Of a DNA stretch of 64,000 bases, positions 42,401-47,956 are shown piece after piece; the stretch's first letter is position 1, and each line of letters starts with the position of its first letter. Both the position numbers and the translations under genes were made by a program. The stretch comes from Arcobacteraceae bacterium (GTDB lineage Bacteria > Campylobacterota > Campylobacteria > Campylobacterales > Arcobacteraceae). Location of the stretch: assembly GCA_965224485.1 (NCBI GenBank), contig CBDCZH010000019.1, forward strand, positions 32,001-96,000. Reading direction: 5' to 3'. The notes under the pieces were generated by a model that was given only the letters and a program-made list of their open reading frames with translations, did no database searches and had not been told where the DNA came from.

Positions 42401-45330
42401 TCATCATCTTCATCACTTGCAACAACTTTTGCAACAGTTTCACCTGTTTTTGTATCATCTTCTGTGAAGTTTAATTTTACTTCATTTAAAGTAATTTGTG
42501 CATCATCATTAACTGTAGTTACACTTGGATCAAGTGTATTTGAAGTGATTCCATTAGCTTGTACTGTAAAGCTTGGTAAATCAGAACCTGAATTAACTAG
42601 TTCTGCTCCTTCTTTTGTTAATTGAACTTCTACTGTTCCATCTGTTAGTGTTACTAATTTATAGTTAGTTGTATCACTTAAAGTTAAAGAAACATCATCA
42701 TCTTCATCACTTGCAACAACTTTTGCAACAGTTTCACCTGTTTTTGTATCATCTTCTGTGAAGTTTAATTTTACTTCATTTAAAGTAATTTGTGCATCAT
42801 CATTAACTGTAGTTACACTTGGATCAAGTGTATTTGAAGTGATTCCATTTGCTTGTACTGTAAAGCTTGGTAAATCAGAACCTGAATTAACTAGTTCTGC
42901 TCCTTCTTTTGTTAATTGAACTTCTACTGTTCCATCTGTTAGTGTTACTAATTTATAGTTAGTTGTATCACTTAAAGTTAAAGAAACATCATCATCTTCA
43001 TCACTTGCAACAACTTTTGCAACAGTTTCACCTATTTTTGTATCATCTTCTGTGAAGTTTAATTTTACTTCATTTAAAGTAATTTGTGCATCATCATTAA
43101 CTGTAGTTACACTTGGATCAAGTGTATTTGAAGTGATTCCATTTGCTTGTACTGTAAAGCTTGGTAAATCAGAACCTGAATTAACTAGTTCTGCTCCTTC
43201 TTTTGTTAATTGAACTTCTACTGTTCCATCTGTTAGTGTTACTAATTTATAGTTAGTTGTATCACTTAAAGTTAAAGAAACATCATCATCTTCATCACTT
43301 GCAACAACTTTTGCAACAGTTTCACCTATTTTTGTATCATCTTCTGTGAAGTTTAATTTTACTTCATTTAAAGTAATTACTGCATCATCATTAACATCTG
43401 TTGTATTAACAGGATTAATCTCTTTATTTGTACTTTGATTTTGAATATTATCTGTTGCACTTAAAGTAAATTTTGGTAAATCTTCACCTACATTTACAGC
43501 ATCAGCACCTTCTTGTGTTAAAACTACTGTATTTCCAACAATTTTATAATTATTTGTATCACTTAAACTTACACTAACTTCATCCCCATCATTATCAGAT
43601 GTAGAAAAAGTAGCAACAACTTTTCCTTTACTTGTAGAGTCTTCAACAAATTCACTACTTACAGACTCTATAACTATTTGTGCTTCTTGATTTAAAATTG
43701 TATCATTTAAAGAAATACTTACTTCACTAGCACTGTTTTGAATATTATCTGTAGCTAATATTTTAAAATCAGGTAAATTTTTACCTTCATTTATTGCATC
43801 AGCTCCTTCTTTTGTTAAAACTACATTTCCTTTATTATCAAGAGTATAAAATACATCATTAGTTAAACTAACATCAATTTTATCTCCATCTTCATCAAAT
43901 GTAGTATATTTAACTACAAGATCACCTACTGTAGCACTGTTTTGAGTAAAGGTATTTACCTCGTTAGATTCAAGTATAACTTCATCATTTACATCTTGTG
44001 TATTAGCAGGGTTAATTTCAAGTTTTGCAGCTGTAGTTTGAATACCATCACTAGCACTTAATGTAAAAGTTGGTAAATCAGCACCTGTATTTACTAAATC
44101 AACTCCTTCTTGCGTTAAAAGAATTTTTCCATCACTTATTTCATAATAATTATTTTCGTTTCCATTTATAAAACTTACCTTAACTTCTGGCCCATCAATA
44201 TCACTTACCAAGAATGTAGCAACTACATCACCTTTTGAAACATCATTTTCAATTAAAGTAGACTCTAAACTTTCAAATTTAATAGTAGCAGCATCATTTA
44301 CAGCAATAACATTAATATCAAATGATTTAGTTATTCTTCCTCCATCATCATCAATTACAGTTAGAGTAACTTCATCATCACCATTGAAATCTTTATTTGG
44401 TGTATAAATAATATTTCCTCTTTGATCTATTGAAACTTTTCCATTAGAAGCAAGTAAGATTGAGGAATCAATTGTTCCATCAATATCTGCTGCATTTGCA
44501 ATTATTTTGCCAATATCTTCAACTACACTTTGAGCTAATATTTCTATTGTAGGAAGGTCATTAACATCAATAATTGTTATTGAAGAACTTTGAGTAGAAA
44601 CAGAACCACTGTTATCAGTAACAGTCATAACAATGGTATCTTCTCCAAAATAGTTTTCATCAGGAGTATAAGTTAATGTTGAATCAGAATTAATTACAAC
44701 AGTACCATGCAAAGCACTTACTGAAATAAGGTCAATTATTCCATCAGGGTCAAAAGCATCATAAGAAAGTATAGTTGATTCATCTTCATTTGTAGTTTTT
44801 GACACTTCTAAATCAAGCAAAGGTTCTTGATTTGCACTTATTTTTTCATCAGTAGCGAATACAATGGCAGAGTTTTCACTTCTTGTTTTTGTTATAGGTT
44901 CTTCTTCTTTAACTTCTTCTTGTATTCCTTGATCATTAAGATAAGAATCATCAATAAAAACTTTTTTATTAGCTTTAGCATTTGCAGCAGAAGCTTCAAT
45001 AGTAGCTAAGAGCTCTTCAAAAGTAGTTATAAGAACTATTTCTCCATTACTTTTAAACTCTAAACTAGGTAAAGCTTCAGAAAATAAATTTTCAGAATTT
45101 TGATTAACTAAAGCACTAGCATAATCTTTTAATACTAAAACAGAACCATCTAAAAATAAAACTTTTACATCATTTTCGTTAAATATTTCAATTTTAAGAT
45201 CACTTGTATCTGTACCAAAAACAAGTTTTTCAATATTTGAAATATCAAGATAATCTAGTTCTGTATATTTTTCAATTTTAATCTCTTCTATAATTCCATT
45301 AGAATTTTTTACCGTTAGTTTATTTGCCAT
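30403..45330 (-). CDS. Giant RTX/LapA-like adhesin (4975 aa), probable type I secretion substrate
   Basis: No signal peptide; Asp-rich Ig/cadherin-like repeats (VNDAP, YTPDENYFGED); two DUF4114-like domains (EDLPNLGDADFGDVV); Ig-like DTGVSNKDDITSDDTPTITG; RTX-like G.GND/G.GDD repeats; T1SS-type C-terminus; AAGGA RBS. Confidence 0.9.
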   Translation of the reverse strand: MANKLTVKNSNGIIEEIKIEKYTELDYLDISNIEKLVFGTDTSDLKIEIFNENDVKVLFLDGSVLVLKDYASALVNQNSENLFSEALPSLEFKSNGEIVLITTFEELLATIEASAANAKANKKVFIDDSYLNDQGIQEEVKEEEPITKTRSENSAIVFATDEKISANQEPLLDLEVSKTTNEDESTILSYDAFDPDGIIDLISVSALHGTVVINSDSTLTYTPDENYFGEDTIVMTVTDNSGSVSTQSSSITIIDVNDLPTIEILAQSVVEDIGKIIANAADIDGTIDSSILLASNGKVSIDQRGNIIYTPNKDFNGDDEVTLTVIDDDGGRITKSFDINVIAVNDAATIKFESLESTLIENDVSKGDVVATFLVSDIDGPEVKVSFINGNENNYYEISDGKILLTQEGVDLVNTGADLPTFTLSASDGIQTTAAKLEINPANTQDVNDEVILESNEVNTFTQNSATVGDLVVKYTTFDEDGDKIDVSLTNDVFYTLDNKGNVVLTKEGADAINEGKNLPDFKILATDNIQNSASEVSISLNDTILNQEAQIVIESVSSEFVEDSTSKGKVVATFSTSDNDGDEVSVSLSDTNNYKIVGNTVVLTQEGADAVNVGEDLPKFTLSATDNIQNQSTNKEINPVNTTDVNDDAVITLNEVKLNFTEDDTKIGETVAKVVASDEDDDVSLTLSDTTNYKLVTLTDGTVEVQLTKEGAELVNSGSDLPSFTVQANGITSNTLDPSVTTVNDDAQITLNEVKLNFTEDDTKIGETVAKVVASDEDDDVSLTLSDTTNYKLVTLTDGTVEVQLTKEGAELVNSGSDLPSFTVQANGITSNTLDPSVTTVNDDAQITLNEVKLNFTEDDTKTGETVAKVVASDEDDDVSLTLSDTTNYKLVTLTDGTVEVQLTKEGAELVNSGSDLPSFTVQANGITSNTLDPSVTTVNDDAQITLNEVKLNFTEDDTKTGETVAKVVASDEDDDVSLKLSDTTNYKLVTLTDGTVEVQLTKEGAELVNSGSDLPSFTVQANGITSNTLDPSVTTVNDDAQITLNEVKLNFTEDDTKIGETVAKVVASDEDDDVSLTLSDTTNYKLVTLTDGTVEVQLTKEGAELVNSGSDLPSFTVQANGITSNTLDPSVTTVNDDAQITLNEVKLNFTEDDTKTGETVAKVVASDEDDDVSLKLSDTTNYKLVTLTDGTVEVQLTKEGAELVNSGSDLPSFTVQANGITSNTLDPSVTTVNDDAQITLNEVKLNFTEDDTKTGETVAKVVASDEDDDVSLKLSDTTNYKLVTLTDGTVEVQLTKEGAELVNSGSDLPSFTVQANGITSNTLDPSVTTVNDDAQITLNEVKLNFTEDDTKIGETVAKVVASDEDDDVSLTLSDTTNYKLVTLTDGTVEVQLTKEGAELVNSGSDLPSFTVQANGITSNTLDPSVTTVNDDAQITLNEVKLNFTEDDTKTGETVAKVVASDEDDDVSLTLSDTTNYKLVTLTDGTVEVQLTKEGAELVNSGSDLPSFTVQANGITSNTLDPSVTTVNDDAQITLNEVKLNFTEDDTKTGETVAKVVASDEDDDVSLKLSDTTNYKLVTLTDGTVEVQLTKEGAELVNSGSDLPSFTVQANGITSNTLDPSVTTVNDDAQITLNEVKLNFTEDDTKIGETVAKVVASDEDDDVSLTLSDTTNYKLVTLTDGTVEVQLTKEGAELVNSGSDLPSFTVQANGITSNTLDPSVTTVNDDAQITLNEVKLNFTEDDTKTGETVAKVVASDEDDDVSLKLSDTTNYKLVTLTDGTVEVQLTKEGAELVNSGSDLPSFTVQANGITSNTLDPSVTTVNDDAQITLNEVKLNFTEDDTKIGETVAKVVASDEDDDVSLTLSDTTNYKLVTLTDGTVEVQLTKEGAELVNSGSDLPSFTVQANGITSNTLDPSVTTVNDDAQITLNEVKLNFTEDDTKIGETVAKVVASDEDDDVSLTLSDTTNYKLVTLTDGTVEVQLTKEGAELVNSGSDLPSFTVQANGITSNTLDPSVTTVNDDAQITLNEVKLNFTEDDTKTGETVAKVVASDEDDDVSLTLSDTTNYKLVTLTDGTVEVQLTKEGAELVNSGSDLPSFTVQANGITSNTLDPSVTTVNDDAQITLNEVKLNFTEDDTKIGETVAKVVASDEDDDVSLTLSDTTNYKLVTLTDGTVEVQLTKEGAELVNSGSDLPSFTVQANGITSNTLDPSVTTVNDDAQITLNEVKLNFTEDDTKTGETVAKVVASDEDDDVSLTLSDTTNYKLVTLTDGTVEVQLTKEGAELVNSGSDLPSFTVQANGITSNTLDPSVTTVNDDAQITLNEVKLNFTEDDTKIGETVAKVVASDEDDDVSLTLSDTTNYKLVTLTDGTVEVQLTKEGAELVNSGSDLPSFTVQANGITSNTLDPSVTTVNDDAQITLNEVKLNFTEDDTKIGETVAKVVASDEDDDVSLTLSDTTNYKLVTLTDGTVEVQLTKEGAELVNSGSDLPSFTVQANGITSNTLDPSVTTVNDDAQITLNEVKLNFTEDDTKIGETVAKVVASDEDDDVSLTLSDTTNYKLVTLTDGTVEVQLTKEGAELVNSGSDLPSFTVQANGITSNTLDPSVTTVNDDAQITLNEVKLNFTEDDTKTGETVAKVVASDEDDDVSLKLSDTTNYKLVTLTDGTVEVQLTKEGAELVNSGSDLPSFTVQANGITSNTLDPSVTTVNDDAQITLNEVKLNFTEDDTKIGETVAKVVASDEDDDVSLTLSDTTNYKLVTLTDGTVEVQLTKEGAELVNSGSDLPSFTVQANGITSNTLDPSVTTVNDDAQITLNEVKLNFTEDDTKIGETVAKVVASDEDDDVSLTLSDTTNYKLVTLTDGTVEVQLTKEGAELVNSGSDLPSFTVQANGITSNTLDPSVTTVNDDAQITLNEVKLNFTEDDTKIGETVAKVVASDEDDDVSLTLSDTTNYKLVTLTDGTVEVQLTKEGAELVNSGSDLPSFTVQANGITSNTLDPSVTTVNDDAVITVTAIEENFVEKSTKEGAKVASIKASDEDDDITLSLSDTVNYKIVEVNGVPEVQLTQAGAALVNTGADLPNFTVDANGITSNIVDPANTTDTVAHAQEDYAQVNEDGTVIINVLANDEEGSIITSVDVPVNKQGEALGTVEIVTVDGIQQIKFTPSHIYDALNEGSESGLEFNYQIKDSSGNSGESRVIVDVTGVNNDLTYVSEAAGYANVVGYYEIDSNGKPTGEVHVVIDDQHGMKKGEHLSDMDPDVNYGFFIIANGAGLINESSVITFDTSSDTPVLLINGSASTKPVYHDNPEFNADGKDHFVFSTDGKGGTNINIEDLPNLGDADFGDVVLNVNFELPDIIGNDVTAKNDSVSIYEDQTIIIDVIRNDKDATGDTLEITEVQSPVMLNGIEVGTAVIENNKIKFTPNDEFDSLNTNESKTVTFTYSVSDGQAGSDTASVSIAVHGTDDITTLKITAKEVTEDLSKEGSVVATFDLNDKDNNVRAEFTDGSNSENYYILDGNEVKLTALGEEYLDAGNTLPSISLTSSGSSTNITTLATPTTILVNDAPIAQDDNFGTETIMLGSKDQVYDFSAWNEVPGAQDGAMQIKVGNLSGTISGYSGGELGQLAYYSITGNGVLDVGLGMNAKPGSPESDYLESNRINYDEKIVMDFDSSIHSADIGVSHLTHGFDEGSSVQWIAYENGLEVARGSVASDTLNNDGDNDLTTNKIHVEATFDKIEFSLLDETNGAETWSSFTINYIQAEHNYSIVEAIEDTVLNIDSSILLQNDSDEDGDKLSIVSVSKTDDTHGEVSVDLTGNIIFVPEANYSGAISFTYTISDGNGEQSTATVSLNVKEVNDAPVITPLGVQSVDEDSAIQGKIIAVDEEGDSFSFALKEGTIAPTGFVLNEDGSYTFDADSYDSLNESQNQKIQLEIVVTDSKGASSQSTLVIDVNGVNNDVTYVGQSASFNNVIGYYEIDENGNPLGESIVIVDNQHNLDAGEHLADMNPNKEYGFFIIVNGAHLVNDESKITFDTSLDTPVLLINGTSSSKPVYWDNPTFNSDGKDHFILEDDGKGGTTIRVEDLPNLGDADFGDVVFNVNFKIANKMSVDSDLVDASDTGVSNKDDITSDDTPTITGNTESGAMVVITLNGIEVGRDEADLFGNYSITTSALEEGNHSLLITSTDSSGTSVTSTQEVLIDYSASEINKLSITNIVDTNGDYSSVTMSGTGAEVGNTIYLYDENKNQVASTFVKDDGTWNIDISDLKATKLNDNEFFFVKEMDTAGNLTDATDTTHYWHGTGQRVITEDYDDYVMTGDGNDYVIHDKNSSLRTVSGNDDNDFTVIDMGDGRHDKIEMGGRIEDYIISKNEDGDVTLREIVDSSRNIDDNNDSLGDLTILKNVELIKFSGSNWQYVTRLDYAPETQNASFELEQSLTNSYNFNLESSISDVNGGTLSIKITSLPSDGEIRIGKRVLELGDIVSENSEFTYFSNNTSSNNASFTYSALDNTGLESDVSSVSLNIIEASASAPKLEIIVSSGLKNQDSTHIDHGNDYGKDNTIKGSYWEHNEVLAGTSEDDKIILKDGNNKSVISGEGNDYIKMAQGNNIRIDSQEGDDLIKVQSYGNQLVINTGLGDDRIEDNSYVDHNNSSIDTGSGNDYVQMLGGNNISYTLGEGNDIIENKDYSYYSSKSGFIDGEDGNDTLILKGNSSDYKITDNLDGTYKIVSIDYWNNETSLFNVLVKNIENLKFDDKTITLEESISSYTYSLTLYADLSDTDGSETLSSLSVKLPSGVSIRGIEANDDGSYTVPTNEQGVASVHMDSTRELSTDERNSIQGSVTATEEQNNDTNTLTKYGAGDDEVVFGVSESIDAGEGKDTLIIEDDMILDFASLAQNVRNIEALDLSNNQADSLTNVQAQDVLKMTDDENILKIIGDKGDEIGLSDDNTSDDNWIKSDAKITDDGEVFNVWTNDDITLYIDEDITVTDI
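36325..43380 (-). repeat. Tandem array of 24 x 294-bp (98-aa) near-identical Ig/cadherin-like units within the adhesin
   Basis: The register recurs every 2940 nt (36361, 39301, 42241), i.e. 10 units; unit boundaries at 36325 and 43381 give 7056 nt = 24 x 294. Confidence 0.97.
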
Positions 45331-45426
45331 TATAAATCCTTTTTATATAGTATATTTTATAGGAGCAAACTTAAATATAATTTAATATATATAAGAAAAA
45401 GGTAATAAATAATTAATATATATCGA

Positions 45427-45450
45427 TTACTATGTTCATGAACATACTAA
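45427..45450. promoter_or_regulatory. Palindromic candidate operator upstream of the adhesin gene
   Basis: Perfect 16-bp palindrome TATGTTCATGAACATA (45431-45446), extending to TTAc...cTAA with one mismatch; about 100 nt upstream of the ATG. Confidence 0.55.
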
Positions 45451-45516
45451 GAAAAAGCTTTTACATACGGAGTAAGAAGATAAAATAAAATCTAATATTA
45501 TTTATTAAAAATTATT

Positions 45517-46815
45517 TTATTTGTTTTTTGAAGAATTTTTTGAAAAAATAATAAATTTCTTTATTAATGATGTTTTAAAATAACTTGATTTATTTTTCAA
45601 AAGAGTATAATCATATTCGATTTTACTATTTTTACGCCATAAGCAATCAATAAAAGTAATATAAGTAGAGTTATATGCAACAATATCAATATCATTATCT
45701 TTATTATTCCACCAAGAACCTATAATTTTAGGGCTAAAGGATAATAACTCATTATCTTCATTTTTTATAAGTTCCATAATATATCGCTTATAAGCATCAC
45801 GAACAAGTCTTTTACTAAAATCTTTTCTTATATGAGAAATAACAGGATATAAGTCTTGTTTATGCAAAGAAGAATAATTTGGATAAATATAACAAAACCA
45901 AAACTTAATAAAATTATCATCAATTTCATAGCGTCCAAATTTACTATTATTGATATCTTCATTAATTGGAACAATCTTTTTTATAATCATAATATCAATT
46001 AGTTTTTGCATATATCTAGTTAAATAAGAAGATTTTAAATTCAAAAAATTTGCTATATCTCCTATTTTTTTGTTCCCCATTGATAAAGCATAAAGAATGG
46101 AAGCATACGTAGTAACATCACTCAAATCATTTTTAATGATATTTAAACCTTCATGAAAAACAAAACTGTCAAAAGATAAAAAATTATCTTTTATATTTAA
46201 TATAAAATCTTTTTTTTCATCATAAAGTTTTAAATATTGTGGGTTTGTACCAAAAGATGAATACACATAAACTAAGTCATTTTTATTTAAACCTGGCAAC
46301 ATTTGTTTAATGATACTCATATTAATTGATTGTAAGAATAAGCATAAAGAAGCTTTTTTATATAAGAAAAGATCTTCTTTATTTGAAGAATGATTTGAGC
46401 TTGATAAAATCAATTGAATATTTTTTTCGCCCAAAAATCTATTCCAACAATCAAAAACAATTTTTAATGATTTTTTTTCAACCTTAATTAAATTATGAAA
46501 ATCATCAATAATTATTACAAGTTTTGAAAGAATATCTTGTTGGTAAATAAGAGTAAATAACTCTTCTAAAGAAGAAACTTTATCTTTTTTGACTAAAGAA
46601 AATGATTCTATCACGCTTTTATTAAAGTTTTGCATTAATAAATGACTTACTAGTTCAGTAGCAACTAAATGTATTGTTCTTTTCTTTTTCGCATATTCAT
46701 TTAAAAAAGAAGTTTTTCCTACTTTTCGTCTACCAAAAAGTAAATTAATACAAGAAGAGGGTTTCTCATACTCATTATTTAATAATAAAAGTTCTTCATC
46801 TCTATATAAAAACAT
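45517..46815 (-). CDS. Archaeal-type ATPase (ATPase_2)-wHTH-DUF234 family protein with degenerate motifs
   Basis: LFGRRKVGKT Walker A, IIIDDF Walker B, GTNPQYL, HTH-like IGDIANFLNLKSSYLTRYMQKL, DNFIKFWF, GSWW...DIDIVA. Confidence 0.82.
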   Translation of the reverse strand: MFLYRDEELLLLNNEYEKPSSCINLLFGRRKVGKTSFLNEYAKKKRTIHLVATELVSHLLMQNFNKSVIESFSLVKKDKVSSLEELFTLIYQQDILSKLVIIIDDFHNLIKVEKKSLKIVFDCWNRFLGEKNIQLILSSSNHSSNKEDLFLYKKASLCLFLQSINMSIIKQMLPGLNKNDLVYVYSSFGTNPQYLKLYDEKKDFILNIKDNFLSFDSFVFHEGLNIIKNDLSDVTTYASILYALSMGNKKIGDIANFLNLKSSYLTRYMQKLIDIMIIKKIVPINEDINNSKFGRYEIDDNFIKFWFCYIYPNYSSLHKQDLYPVISHIRKDFSKRLVRDAYKRYIMELIKNEDNELLSFSPKIIGSWWNNKDNDIDIVAYNSTYITFIDCLWRKNSKIEYDYTLLKNKSSYFKTSLIKKFIIFSKNSSKNK

Positions 46816-46924
46816 ATAAAACCTTATAATTTTAATAAGCGTATTCTAAAACTATACAACTTAATAAAGTCTTATACTAAAATATATTTAGTTATTTAGT
46901 TTAATAATATAAGAGTTAAGAAAA

Positions 46925-47428
46925 TTATTTATTAGCATTTACAAGTTCATCATAAAAAATCAAATCATTATTTTTTGTATTCTTAAATAGTTCATCTTTA
47001 TTTTTTAAAAACTCTTCTTCATTAAAAAGTATTTCTTTATTTTCATTATCTAAAGATGCAGAAGAAGTATCAAATTTATTAAAATTCTTAGAAGTAAAGT
47101 CTATTGCATCGAACATTGTTTTCATTGAATCAATAATATAATTCATATTTTCTTCTACATTAAACAAAAAACTAACAGTTGTTATATTATCTTCTTGTAT
47201 TTCATTTTGAAAAACATGAAGTACAAAGTTTTTAAGTAAAATTTTTTTATTATTCGCAAAAGATAGTTGAAGGTTTTTATTATTAATTACTTTTAGTTTA
47301 ATTAAATTAATATCAACATCTATAGATATCTTATCATCACTATTTACTAAAATTTCTATACTTTCATCTTGGAATTCATATTTAGTACTAGGTTTTTTTT
47401 TATCTTTTACAATTATTTCAACTGACAT
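46925..47428 (-). CDS. Hypothetical protein resembling the N-terminal module of the neighbouring adhesin
   Basis: AAGGGG RBS before ATGATG (47431/47428) suggests a start downstream of the ORF-track start at 47464; co-linear similarity to adhesin residues 1 to about 165. Confidence 0.7.
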   Translation of the reverse strand: MSVEIIVKDKKKPSTKYEFQDESIEILVNSDDKISIDVDINLIKLKVINNKNLQLSFANNKKILLKNFVLHVFQNEIQEDNITTVSFLFNVEENMNYIIDSMKTMFDAIDFTSKNFNKFDTSSASLDNENKEILFNEEEFLKNKDELFKNTKNNDLIFYDELVNANK

Positions 47429-47510
47429 CATACCCCTTAAATAATTTATATAGTTATTATACAATTATTTTACTTTATTTTAAATTATTTTTTTTAAGTA
47501 ATATTTTAAT

Positions 47511-47954
47511 TTACCTAATTCTTTTTAGAGATTTTTTTGCCAATTTGAAAATTTTAGAAGAACTTAAAGAGCAGTATTTATTTTTATTTAGAAGAACAAT
47601 ATCACTTTTTTCAAAAGCAAAATCTTTTTCATAAAGTTTTGTACTCAAATTAGCTGAAGTTGAATATAAAGCACCAAATTTAAAAAGAAAATCATAATAG
47701 GAAGAGTTCTTTGGTATTACTCTAAAAGATAGTTTGTTTGGATATATATAAGTAGTTTTATTTGAATTTCTAACTATTTTTCTAAACTTTTTAGGAACTC
47801 TAGTTTTTTGATTTAATAGTGCAAAAGAGCAAAGAGTTTGTAAAATTTTTTTACTCTTTGCTCTTTGTTTTATATGTGAAAGTTTTTCATCATTTAATGA
47901 TGAAAAACCAACACTAGTATCAGTTTGTACTAAATATACTAAACTTGAATCCAT
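47511..47954 (-). CDS. Short Sua5/YrdC/TsaC-family protein
   Basis: QTDTSVGF, IKQR...K, YSTSANLS. Confidence 0.8.
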   Translation of the reverse strand: MDSSLVYLVQTDTSVGFSSLNDEKLSHIKQRAKSKKILQTLCSFALLNQKTRVPKKFRKIVRNSNKTTYIYPNKLSFRVIPKNSSYYDFLFKFGALYSTSANLSTKLYEKDFAFEKSDIVLLNKNKYCSLSSSKIFKLAKKSLKRIR

Positions 47955-47956
47955 AA

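Noticed and set aside
36325..43380. Long regular array considered as a CRISPR array or non-coding satellite
   Set aside because: Units are contiguous 294-bp in-frame coding repeats with no unique spacers, and no cas genes are present.
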